Below, in pieces: positions 48,457 through 62,336 of a stretch of DNA of 64,000 nucleotides. A model generated the notes under the pieces. It was given only the letters and a program-made list of their open reading frames with translations, was not told where the DNA came from and did no database searches. The stretch is from Tubulanus polymorphus (Eukaryota; Animalia; Nemertea): contig NC_134029.1 of NCBI RefSeq assembly GCF_964204645.1, positions 6,944,001 through 7,008,000 on the forward strand, in the 5' to 3' direction. Every line of letters starts with the position of its first letter. Within the stretch, counting starts at the first letter, position 1. A program made the position numbers and the translations under genes.

Positions 48457-51400
48457 CTTCTAGCCTTTGCTAGAAGTTATTCCCTTTTCTGTTCAAAGAA
48501 GAGGCGTTAATATGTTCCAAAGTAGCGTGCTAAATGCGAATCAAACACGATGTTGGCAAAGATTACAAGAGTTTTTAGGTATTGTAAACGATAACTGTGT
48601 ACAATTTATAGAAATATAAGTTGTTTCACTACCCGAAAAATCTCCACACTTATCTGCGGATCAGTATCCGCGATCCACACCCACTATCAGATTAAAACCG
48701 CCGAATGCAAACCTTTTCGTACACTTCTCATTCGAAAATCCGAGTCATTATAGGCGGATACCATTATACCCAACCGATCAGACACGGAATCTGTGTTTTA
48801 GAGAGTCCGTGGCTTTGTCAGACGACACACTCGTATATCTTATGCGTCATAATCAAAACCGTTCTGAGGCAATCAACGCAATAACCGGACGCATGTTCCA
48901 GATAAGTGGGGTTCAGTAGCTTGTTATTACTCCGCTTATCATACAAATTTATTGCATGAATAAAAAATGTACTACTAGTATATATATACGGCAATGGTTA
49001 TAACTTGACTTGTATATAGTTAGTTCCCATGGGTTTAGAACATGGAAGCCAATTAACGGCAACAACTAAAATAATGCGACTATAGTTGCGTAGCGTATCA
49101 TGTTTATCGTTTATTCATTAGTTACGAATATACTAAACAATATCAGTTCATTAAAAACATTTTCATTTTCATATGATAGAAAATTGGTGAAATCTGTGCT
49201 CGTATGATTAAAGCATGTTATATCATATGTTTGGTTAGGTGTAATTGTGTGAAGCTATCAGTTGATATGTGTTGACAACATTGACAGCGAAGGAAGATGC
49301 GCTCGTTGATTTATCATCGAATCGTGGCCTTCGTTTTAAGATTTTCACGCGGCGACTTAACGACTTATTCGTTCGAGCGGATAATTCGACTAAAAGCGTA
49401 TTGGATATAAAAATCGAACTTCAGCGCGCTTCCATAGACGCGCAGACTAATCTCAGCCGCACTCCGTCTGCGGGCGACTACAAGACTCGATCAATTCCTA
49501 CTTCACCGTTGACAGAATCTCATATAATTGGTTATACGTGATCCGTATCTACAATGTTTACTGATTGCTAACCTCGAGTCCCATCGGGTGTTTGCAGCCT
49601 GATTATCCTCTCTCCAACGGTTCATACTGGTAATATTTGCTGGGAATAACCACCCGTCGGCCATCCTTATTAACAAATACGGCGTTAACCCAGGCGCCAA
49701 ATTCCAAACGGCTCAACGAAATTACTTGTATATACTATATGACTTAATATTTCCTCAGACAAATTGGCCTGGTATTTTGACTAACAACTTCTAGAACACG
49801 ATGAGCTTTCTTACCAAACATCTTAGCATTGCGGTGATAAGATATATCTTCACACGTTCGGTAGCCAGAGGAATGGAATAATAAAATAGAATCCGATCAG
49901 CCGTAGGTACATAAAACTCTAACGCACTTACGGTGCTTAGTTTTGCCGCGCATCTGACAAAATTAGCCTTATAGACCGTGTGATGAGTGGCGAAGTGTCA
50001 GAACAGGTTAAAATTCATTGAAAATTACGCGGCTGCCGAAATAGAAATAGGCAAATGTCTGCCATTTCTATAGTAATCCGATCGGGTGCCTTGGCATTTT
50101 TTCGAAAGAATAGAAATGCTACGTAGACATCCAATCTTTATTTTACCTAGAAGGATGGTGGAGAATAGTGCTGGGAGTTTTGCGCCGCTTTCATTCGCAT
50201 ACGTCGTAGTATTATTTCTCCGAGCTTTTCTCAGTAGTAGAAAAATACCATATAAATATGATTCTTAGGGAAATGAAGCCAACGCTGAAATATTTCTGAG
50301 TGAGAAAAAAAATATAGCAAGCGCTAAACGATAGAAAAAAATGTTTAGAGTCACAATCTATAAAACTGATTCTTCGATTTCTGCTACGAATGAGAGTTGA
50401 TTATATTCCAGAAATATTGAACATTAGGTTGTATTTGGCGTATAAATCTTTAAGTTAACGCGGGCTGTTCTTCAACACCTGTATTGCAGACTCAACGTCA
50501 ATACCAACTGCTGTTCGGAAATTCCTTCCCTCTTCGACATTACTATTTGTTTTGAAACCCTTCTCAATTCGAGCTATATCTGCGAAAGTGCAATCAGCGA
50601 ATTTCAATATACATTCTATAAATCAAATCGTATCCGAGATTGAACCTAAGTACTCCATCATCATTCTCCATTCTTCAAGAACGGAAAGGTGTGCCTGTTC
50701 TAGCACTCCGACCATAGCTACGGCCGTGAATACCTAAAGTGCCCTAAATTCTCTTATGCGAGCGAATACGGTTTTTGGGAATATTGCTTGGCGCATTCGA
50801 ATAACAAAATGTAGTTGAATTAGATTGAGTTTGTTAAGTCTGCCAGTTAGACTAACAGCATACACGCGCACAGTATAATATAAAACTGCTATCATCACAT
50901 ACGAAATGTATATGTAAACATACTTCTTCATCACCTGGTAAATTTCTTCCAAGGTTACCCTCTCTTCAAACAAGCGTATCTATCTACCGGAACCTGCACA
51001 ATGTATTTAGGCCTATCTAATAATCCGAACGAGAAGAAATTGCGTTGTAGTTCAGTCGTGAATTTGAGATTTCAGCGCGATTTCATACACGCGCTACCAG
51101 CCGGAACGACGGGATACACAGGGATTATCCCGTGTATAGATGATACACACGTTAACTAGTATCGAACAAGGAGTAAATTCTGTAAATTGTACCACTTAAC
51201 GCTCTGACATAGCTGCAATTTCGTCTGCAAATTAGGTAAATGGTAATTTCATTTACGCGAATCAATTCTGATTTATTTGATCGCCTGCGCCGGAAACTCG
51301 TCATCATCAATTGATGAATGGCATTTAACCAAAATATAGACCTATGCGGCTGTTGATCGTACCTCCATTCTATTCGATGGAAGGCTGTTAGAGTTCCTGG

Positions 51401-51954
51401 GGAGCCTATGTTGCTGTTCAAGGCGCTCACCTTGCGGAGTACCGCAGTGTTGCGAGCTTACTCTCATTTCGTTTTTCCGACCCCCGTGATCCGACTGAAA
51501 ATTATGGATTTGGCTCTCCCGGGAACAAGCACCTACAAATGTTTTTCCAGTTTCTCACTCTCGCGTTTATAACAGTTATTGCTGTTTGCGTACAGCAGTG
51601 TGAGCTTGCCTTCCTAAAAACAAGATAACGGGGAACAATCGACTTTCGTCCGAGCACGCCCATTTCTGATGAGGATAACGAAAGTTTCGATCATTGTGTC
51701 GAAATCTTATCTGTTCTATATTCAGTAACTTATGTTATGATATGATATTAGATGTGACAGATATATCTGGACTTTGTCGTATCCACACTTAGGCAAACAA
51801 AACGACGCTTGAAATGCGCTCGGTGGTACAGACCCTACAGCGGTTAGTTGTTTAAATCGTTCAAAGTTACGACAAATTGCCTTTAGAACTTACACATGTA
51901 CATGGGGAAAAACTCACAGACATCACAGGCCCAATTCAACTACGCGAATTTCTC

Positions 51955-52062
<108 letters not shown>

Positions 52063-52595
52063 AATAGACGTAAACAATTTTGTCGGTTTCAATTGAATAT
52101 TTTTATACCAGCAGCTAGGGTGTGGTAGTAGACCCGTTGCATTGACGTCATGCATATCGTTTGAAGCCAAAAACTATGCGTCTTTATATGATAACGAATA
52201 TGATAATTTTCATTGTTGTTAGTCATTTTCACGTTGAAGTTGGCGAATTGACAAAAATAACCCAGCTTATTAATTACTAATAAATAGCTAACGGGAAGAA
52301 ATGCAGCGAAGCTTGCTGATAGGCGACACGTCGCCTTCATCGGGTGCCTAGACTAAGGTCATTTCAAAGTCAACAAACGTCGAATTTTGAGAGGAATTCG
52401 TTCAGAAGCTGATTCCGAGTAGATCGGACGGGTACATTCGGTGTCAGCCGGAATCTCACGGAGTTTTACCAAGGAACATCCTCTTATCTTATATAATACA
52501 CGCATAAGTCGTCTGGGCAGATCCTACTAGCGAATCATTTTACTAATGATATTAATGATATATGATATTAATACTGCTTTCCTTTATGCAATTAT

Positions 52596-52804
<209 letters not shown>

Positions 52805-55800
52805 CATCACGGGCGATGCCAGCGCATGATTGCTCCCAAGGGTAACCCGTGATCACATCAACGGAATCATCATTTCGGCTCCGTTCGAAAATAGACAAAT
52901 ATGATCATAGCAAATATGAAATAATTATTCCCAAAGGTATTGGTTTCGATACAAAAATATGTGCTAATTTCCGCAGTAATGTTTAAAGCCCCACGTGCAA
53001 CACAATATTTTCGGCCAAAAATACAAAAATATTACTTAGTCTACAAATGGCTATGGTGGCTGATTCGAAAAAAATATATCCTTTCGAACGAACAGCTTCA
53101 ATGACTATTTACGTACGTGGCGATATGGAAAAAAGTCGGATTCTCAATAATTCCAGCAAATATATCAATGGCGAAGTATGCGGTTAGAAATATTGAATGA
53201 AAATATATAGATATCCGCTGAATTTAATACGTCGTGAAATGACGGGTCAGAGTCATTCGCCAGATGACGTGCGTTTGCAGCTGCTTAAATATTGCGAAGT
53301 GGGCAACGATACCAAAGGGAGTGGCTGTTACAGTCACCCGTAGCGACAGACGACTGCAATTCACTTTTAAAAACCCAACCATTTGAAGCTATGCAGATGT
53401 TTGAAATAAAAACAGCAGCTAAGATCATTTCGAACACGCTATATATCACTGAATAAACACGGCTCGAGATAAAAAATAAAAAAAAACGTTTTGAGAGAGT
53501 TCGATCGGTTGATCCCGGGAGGGACCGCTGACATAAAATGACACGGCGTTTAAATCATTGGAAATGACTTCGGCACCGGACTGTCAGAAAGTCAAGTCTT
53601 AACTTAGAAAACTTCTCGAAAGAATTTCTATATATTTCTATTAGCCACGTTATCGATTCTAATAATCGGTACTGATTAACAACCTGCCAGTCAAATCTTA
53701 CGCATAAATACTCGCCATCTAAAAACTGATACACGGTTGTAGCTTTCGCGGGCAGACGCTGTCATTAATATTAGAAAAATTTTCAAAATTGATGAATTGG
53801 CAAACCATTTCGTGCTACTCCAGCTGCTAAGCATTCCTGCGGGCATTATCGACGTGGGATTTTTGCTCCTCGAAACGTCATCTTTAGCGTTACGGTGTCA
53901 TTTTGGGATCTTTTAATGAAAATTACAAAATTGTATGTAGTTGCGCGTACGTTCCCCGTTATGAAGTATTGGGAACTGATTTACACCATTACAGTAAAAA
54001 ATCAATCGAGGGAGTTTTATGAAAGCTGCGCAGTGTCTGAAATAAGATCAATCTAATTAATGAAAGTAAATATAGCGGAGCTTTTCGATTTCGAAATTAA
54101 GATAATCGCAGTTGAATGGTTCATGCATTCATATCTCGCGGGTTTTTTTCACATCGGTTTCAACTGTCTTTCCGCAATTTCATTCGGCGGAATTAATTTC
54201 AATCAGCTTTCGGCGTCGCGGCTGTTATTGGACAGATGGAACCCACGTACTGGTCGTTCAGCTTTTAGTCCGAGACGTCTATATTCCCTATGACAACAAT
54301 GCAACAAGAAACCCGCCATTAAAAACGAATCGCATTTGGGTTCAGCCAGGACATTTCTCGTGATTCCTGAATGCATTTCGCGGAAATCCTGTTAAATACG
54401 AGGAGCTTACGTACGTAGATACTCATTCGACATTAGTCATGTCCGATTTTCTAATGGTTGCCTCGCTAATTACTCAACTTCCACACCGGGCGCTAATCAA
54501 GTCATAATCCACTTACCGCGTAATTAGATTTAGGCTCTATTTTACTTATCATATTAACAAAATGAAAGTGACGTGATTCGAATATAAATGGCATCGAAAA
54601 CTTCTTTCGCACACAAATTAAGCAGAAGTTGCGGCCATGGTATTGTCTTGGACGGATTTTTTTCTACATGTTAGAGATATATATTCCAGTCGTTTAGCCT
54701 CGATTATCTCGCGTTGGATCAACAAAAACCGGGTCTCCTCTTACTCGCGATCGATAACAACAATTTCACGATGATGTCGCAGTTTGCGACCGACCACGCG
54801 CCGCGCAGAAATTGGAAATCTCATGATGTCACGAGAATAACGGCGAAAACAAATAGACCCCTCTTATCCAATCTTGCCGATCAAATGATCAATCCAATAT
54901 GCCACACGAGGGAATCGAAAACAGATTTTTATATGGAGTATCCGTACATTGAATTAAGCAACTTTCTCGTTACATTGACCCCGAATGCATCCGCTATAGA
55001 TCATGGTCGCAACTTAAATTGCTTCGTTCGCTCCGTTTCGTAGCAAATATTTTGATCAGTCCATTCTACTGTGAAAGAACGCTAGTATCGACGTGGTCGT
55101 GTATCGCCCGTGGCTGCGCTTCGGTCTGAAGTTATTTCTTCGGCGAAAGGTATAGTAACGTTAAACCTACGATAACAGGAAGCATTTTGAGATCGATCTC
55201 TCCCATCATTTGACGGAGTTCAATGAGTCCGCCCGAGGCCTACGAGTGTCGAGTCTTCTAAACCGTATTAGCCTTTTGCGCGATGATAGAAATTCCATCA
55301 GACGAACGGCGATTCCAAAAACTAGTGCCATCCAGAAACGAGTAAGAATGCTTATTTTCTATTAGGGTATGTTATGTTCCGAGTACGTCCATTCACCTTT
55401 GAATTCGAGCACGCGTGTACCTTATATTTTCTTATCTCTACTTCCCTGTTTTCTTACCACGTCTACGTCTTTCTCTCTCTTACATATTACCTATCTAGTT
55501 ATCTTATCATTTTCGTGCTCTTTTTTTCAACACATATAAATTACGACGCTGCATGATTATTTGATGCATATATTTGTATACCTGTATTTATCACATCGAA
55601 TATTTTTTTACTTACGGCGTCATCGACGAGGATGTAATCATTATATCTAAAATGCAGATTTGTCGAAATATCACGTTTATGTCGGACTCTATATCATTAC
55701 AGTCTTTGTTAGAAGATTTCACCGGTAGCTTTTACGCCTGATAATTACCTTGTCTTAAATTCGCTTCACTAATCGCATCATCTTTCAATAGCCGCCTAAC

Positions 55801-58800
55801 GTTTTGTCGCCTGAAGTCTATAATTGTTGTTGATGTGCATGAAGTCACTGGCTTCGTTCCTTCATGCGAATAAATCTTTTTTCCTGACTTCTTCTTCTTC
55901 TTCTTCTCTGTGAAATTCTCATTAGAAAACCGAACCATTTTGACAGATGATCATTGTCACGCTATCATACTAAAGTAGATTTCTAGAAAATTTGCAATGG
56001 AAATTTATCATCTGAACTATATGATATGTTCTGTCTCTGTATAGTTTATTGGTAAGCTTTCTTTTTGAATTAGATTTTATGATATTTCTTTCGAATTTAA
56101 GTATTCAACACTCTTTTCTGCGTTATTCTACTATTATCACACACGAGTTCGGTGCAAATTAAGCCTCGTAACGTACGAAAATGCTTACAATTCGCGGTGA
56201 TAAAATTTGTATGTCTGGTATTTTCTTATTTTCCAATTTCTATACACTACGTTTTCTCCCAATAGCGGGAATCTCTGCATATAGGATATCATATCTTTCG
56301 TTAGAAACGTTTTCGAAAAGAATAGAAATGCTGTTGTAAGCGCGTATTCCGATTATTTTCCGAATATATTGGTTGAATTCATCATTCGAACTGGACATTC
56401 GAATAATCAAATTTGAATACGAAGTCACAATCAAATTGTCCATAGACAAAATGTCCATTTTTTAAACGCGAGTACATACATTACACGTGCGTACGTTACG
56501 GGCTGCTTAATGTATCGTGACGTCTGCTCATGAATCGGCAATTAGCGATAATGACATGCTAATTTTGATTACTAATAGATTATCCTGGCTGGGACCGATG
56601 AAAATCTAAGGATGGTAAGTCAGTGGCCTCGAATGAAATGTTATTTTTTCTTTCTAATCAAAAATTTATTCACACGTTCTATATATATATATACGGATAT
56701 CGTCCACACACAATAATATGATAATTGTTTTATTTATACATGTATGTATATGTATATACATAACACATTATATTTAATACATACCATCTTCATGTTGTTG
56801 ACAGCATGGCTCCGAACAGCTCACCAAATATTAATCACTCGTCATCAAATTAATTACCATATGATTTATTTATAGTCATATTGTATATGTTTATATACGT
56901 GTATTATTTTTGTACTCGTAACAAATATAAGGTCGGATACTTATTTTTTCTTTATTGAATTCGTTGGCTTTGTTCGCGCTTTCGTTGGCGTTTTTTTAAA
57001 CCCGTAGGCATTTCACCCGTTAAACCGCTACGTCTAATATGGAATGCTAGCAGCACAGACGATTTTTTTCTTGTAATATGCAATTAATGTCGCCATCAGA
57101 TGTGTTTGGAAAAATTGATCTCGATGGTTACTGATATGTTAACCATATCAAATTCGTTTTCAAAATCAAACCAATTTTTCAGAGAGGTCCAGTCTATGAT
57201 AAAATGATTTCGAGTTTTTCGAGGTAAAATCTATCTAAAATATGAAAAGACATTGTCAGCTCTGGGCCCTGGGCCAAGTCTTGGCTAAGTATTCAACTTG
57301 ATCGACCCAATTATATCGAGTTTCTAAACGTGGACTTTGTTTAGGGGCCGAAATAGTGTTGTGGATTTTTAATGTAAATCTGTGTTGATTCAAATATTCT
57401 TTTTTATTTTTATTGACACGTATATTTTGTTTTCATTTCCACGGTCGCTATTCGTTAATTTTTATACTACCTTGTGTTCGACATGTTTGGTCATTCAAGC
57501 CCAAAGGGACCACGTATCTGTAATTCAAGTTTGCAGACAAAAGTGTTTAGGAAATTTTGGCACTGTTATTAGTATTCAGTCTTTTGCTTATTTCATCTTT
57601 ATTTGCCCGATTCATTTAAAAAAAAAGCGCAGGGATTATGCAGCATTTTTTGTTAATTTATTTACGAATATGCAGGAGACACTTATAATTCTAAGATTTT
57701 CTCGTTCCAGTATTTCACTCGTTAACATTGCGCAATATCACCACTTAATCGCCATTGCGATTTTCTTCCGACGAAACGCTATTTCTTAGATTCGTGCGTC
57801 ATAGTTTTTCCGACATCACCAAACTCCGTCTTAGTCCTGGCTCGTCCGTAGTGTATACAAGATGGCTTTCGTATAGTCGTAGGGAGTATTGATGAGTGTA
57901 TCAAGTCTGTGATTTCAACTGTTCAGGTTCGGGAGTTTTGTTTGTATACACTGCACTTTACTGAAATGCGGAAATGCGACGAATCGATGAATTGTTTACT
58001 GTGAAACCAGTTATTTCAAATAGTTCGACTATTTGCTATGCGTTATCATTCCATTTCGACGGCACCGAAACTACAACGGTGTTCAATCAGCCCATCGTAC
58101 ACGGCATCAATCATTTTGCTAATGTTACAAGAATAAAGTAAATATGGAAATGTCAAAGCAATTTGACTGGTCGACCAATACAGGATAGTGGGGTACGCAC
58201 TGATTGAAGTAATTAATTCATTTTTCCGGCTTCATAAACGCCGCTCTATAGCCAAAAGCAGGTTTGTTTGATCAAAACCAAATATGGCCGCGAAGGCTAA
58301 TTCGCTCAACTAAGAAAAATTGTTTTAAAAGAAATCGGTCGGTTTCATCAGTCGGGATTATTTTTCCATTTGCTTCGCTTAGAAAGAGCAGGATCCGTTC
58401 TGAGAAAAAAAAGAGTTAACGATAAATTTACTCTTTCAGTTAATTTTCAATCATCAACTCTAGAATCCTAAATCACATCGCCGTGGAACAGGCCTATGTC
58501 TTCTGCAATATCGCAAACTCTATTTCGATACAATTATCAGAACGTTAGAAATCGATTTCAGTACCACAAGTGTCTATTTAAAGCAGTTATATCGAATCAT
58601 AGAACTAAAATCAATTTGAGTTCTATAGTCGAATCGAAGTCGACAGTTGTAGAAATGATGAATTCCCCCTTTTTTTCTAAAATCTGGGTTATCGTAGAAT
58701 CCAAAATGAGGAATTGGATAATCTTTATTTTACTATTTGTTTGGATATGAGGGCTTTTGGGTTCTTGTGAGTAAAGACAAGCACATAGTAGCGAAAGCAG

Positions 58801-60329
58801 GGATTGGCTTAGAATCGGATCAGACCTTAATATTCGCCGCGATTTTAGCGTGTGGTTTGTCTTCATCAAAGAGAATGATGCAGTAGTTGTGTGAGAAGCT
58901 AGACGAAACAAGAGAAATTGAGACGTGATAATCTGCATTCGCTGAGGATAAATTACGACACAGAGAAGCGCCATAAGGGGTTTTATTTTTGTTATCTTTT
59001 AATGCGATAAATCGCACTTATCATCGACTAGATGGGATTGAGCTGTGTCTAAATAGATTTGCTTTGATCTTCCAACGACATTGTGAGAAAAAAATTACAA
59101 CAGATTGTCTCTCGATCATTTGCGATGAAATACCGTACCAACGCCGTATACAAATCGTGTGTCACTGACTTTTACATCGTGCGTCATAAGATTGTACGAA
59201 ATAATCCGCAATTAGATTTTACAAAGCAAAGGTTTTTGTTTTTCCTCGCGGCAATCATCACAAACAGGAGTCAAAATTAGACGGAATTCATTTTCGAAAA
59301 CGAATGCGATATCGTTGAAGATGAAACAACGGATAGGATTTCTTGAGATTTTGTCATTTAACCATATTCGTGGAAGCGTCGCTGCCATCGCACCTGCAAT
59401 TCGAATAACTGATTCGATCGGTGCTGGTGCTATCTTCTGTTTTATCGTTTATTTCAAACATTCAAATTCACGGCGGGCTTATAGAGAATTCGATTATCCA
59501 ACTTCAATTATAAATTCTGCAAGAGATTTGTAAGTTATTACTCGATCACCAGACGACAACGCAGTGTGATTCAGATTCACGCGAATCACGAATCATCTTT
59601 CCTACGTCTCACCATCGTCCCCGAAGGACCAGTGATCAATTTCTTGTAGCCAGTAATCGGTCATCTTGTCAAATTGTCGTAGAAATTCTGAAAGCGAACA
59701 TACACTTGTTTTTCGACCTTGCAATGACTCCGTATCATTAGGAGTTCGTGGAATGTTTGTATTCGTAGCCCATTCACAAACGTTCTTCGGATTGACGAAG
59801 TCTTACCACGAAAACATGAATGTAAAACTAATACCCTATAGTCATCTACCAAAACTACTTAGGAAATAAATCGTATATCTCATCGAATATATCTTAAAAC
59901 ATATCTACTCGGTGGTTCATATTATATCATACGATTAGGTCGAATTGTGTGAAATGATATATCTGACGTGCGCTTTCGAGAAAAAGGCATGTTTGCACTC
60001 CCATGCTGATATTTTGCGTCGCCGCCTAACCCTCCGTATTTGGCCTATCTGCTAAGAATGCATGCTGTTCTGCTCAGTGTCGAAAATAACGTGAGAAATT
60101 TCGTGTAATACGTGATTTTGCCAAGTGAAACAAAACCTTAAAAATGTATTATATATAGCTTATATTATGTACATAGCACATATCGTAGGAATAGAAAAAT
60201 CGATTTTTTTTTTCATGAAGTAAATTCAGTAATCAGTATATGTCTGGCGTTCATTCAGACTGTAATTCTTTCGGAAACTATTTAGCGAAAAATCCGTATT
60301 GACGTCGTTGAGTTTTTTTGTCATTTCAG

Positions 60330-60748
60330 TTATTTGCCGTTGACAACTGCGTAGAGGATTGGAGAATAGCCATGGATTTCAAACGATCGCTTCAACTAGC
60401 CATCGAAGTGCTGATTTGTGCCATTCATCCCGTACCGGGCAAATTCACTTGGGAATGGACGACGGTGATATTCGAGACGAAGAAGCCGGAAAAACGAATA
60501 GTGCCTGTGGATCTGATTTTATCTATACCAATGTTTTTTAGATTTTACCTGATATTCCGATCTATGCTGTTACATAGTAAACTGTTCACTGACGCCTCCA
60601 GTCGTAGTATCGGGGCTTTGAATCGTATTAATTTCAATACGCGATTTGTGTTAAAAACGTTAATGACTATATGCCCAGGGACAGTGCTGCTGGTATTCAT
60701 GTTGTCCTGGTGGATGATCGCAGCTTGGACACTACGGGCTTGCGAAAA
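60330..60748 (+). CDS. SK: SK channel coding exon 3 (S3-S5)
   Basis: catttcAG acceptor, AA|GTAAGT donor. Reads [15 protein letters not shown]...HPVPG...[44 protein letters not shown]...AAWTLRACE. Confidence 0.98.
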
Positions 60749-62200
60749 GTAAGTATACCAATGTTTTGAATCGATTCCTACGTATTTAACTTCCCGTAAC
60801 AGTAGAAAGGCATGTTTTTCGAGTGAGCACCCCGTTGTACTTCGTTAAAGTTACGTAGCTCTTATGCGCACGAGTGCAAATTGGTTTTGCATGCTTCCGT
60901 GTTCAAGATGCTTATTTTCGCATTCAACGTTGCATCATTCATTAACTCGAATTATTATTGCTGAATGATTCGTTTCATTTCGAAATTGGCACTTTCATTC
61001 TAATCCTATTTCGTCAGCACAAATTTCTCCTAACGTGAAATAATCAATCTAGGGTAAAACTCAACTTAAACAAGGATAAAAACTGAAATAGGTTTTTTCG
61101 TATAATTGAAGAAAATCGTATTATGATTATTAGTTTCACATTGTGTATATACATCTCGTTACATTTATGAAAACCGTTAAATCCCGTCTTCTAAACCTTA
61201 AGGATAAATAATTTTCAACCATTTTGAAAAAACACAGATAGTTCCACAGATTTTCTAATTATTATGAGTTGAATAACTACTGTTGTTTGATATTAGGTAA
61301 ATTTGACTGCAGATTTTGACAACTTTGTCCACATACAATTATTACATCCTTTTTGCTTTCGACTGTGGAACTGGGTCGTGCATGCTGATAACATGATGAT
61401 TAATAATTTTGAATATTATATCAATTTTAAAGCGATTACATGGGGGACTTCGTAATGCATGTAAACACCATACCAGGACATGCGTAAGTCGATCCTATTA
61501 CACTCGCTCCTACCATATTCATATCATAGAAAGTGGGAAGAGGCTTCGAATCCTATTTCCTGAGGTGTCAGGTTTTCTATACCCGACTTCATATTTATGA
61601 AATCGTTTAATGGCCTTTTTTGCGGCTAAACATGATATTTTGTGCGCTAACCAAGCCATAAATTCCACTCGATATCTAACTTAAACTATTCATCAAAATC
61701 ATAAAAAAAGACTATTCGATAAATCATAAAGATTAAGCCGATTACTCTTAGTCATAGGTTTCTTTCCATTTCTGTTTTAAAATCTCTCGCGTGTAAAAAC
61801 TGCTTTCTGATATTTAGTATTTCTATCAAGGGACAGCCGCTTATTGAAGGTAATATAGTATATACGATAAATGAAAAGTTATTCTTAGTATCCTCTATAT
61901 GTGGTTGGTGTTTTTTTTACGGTATGCAGGCATCGGTTTTTCATTTGTTTTTAAATCAGAAATAGCGAAAGCTAACGGCCGGTTGAAGCCCATTTCCATT
62001 TTTATTCCATCCACCTCACACCCCTTCTAGAAACTTTGTGAGATTTCTTATAATAATTTAATTGGGAAAAATAGCTATTACCTTCTCATTACGTCATTTG
62101 GATAAGAAAGTGCTCCCTTAAAAAATCACACCATATTTACTTAAATCCTCACGAACCCTCAAAGCAAAAACTGCATAATTCTTTATTTTTTCTATTGCAG

Positions 62201-62336
62201 CTACCATGACCCGCTACATGGCAACTTTTTAAATTCAATGTGGCTCATAGCCATCACATTTCTTTCCATTGGTTATGGTGATATAGTTCCAAATACGTAC
62301 TGTGGTAGAACAATTGCTATTGCGACAGGCGTCATG
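62201..62336 (+). CDS. SK: SK channel coding exon 4 (pore helix, GYG filter, start of S6)
   Basis: tctattgcAG acceptor, ATG|GTAAGT donor, phase matches exon 3. Reads [45 protein letters not shown], with GYG at 62271-62279. Not in the ORF track. I found no further exon (rest of S6, calmodulin-binding domain) in the window. Confidence 0.98.

Noticed and set aside
51666-51715. CTGATGAG-GATAA-CGAAA plus hairpin as a hammerhead
   Set aside because: Stem II is only 1 bp and the sequence after the putative cleavage site does not pair with the 5' flank.
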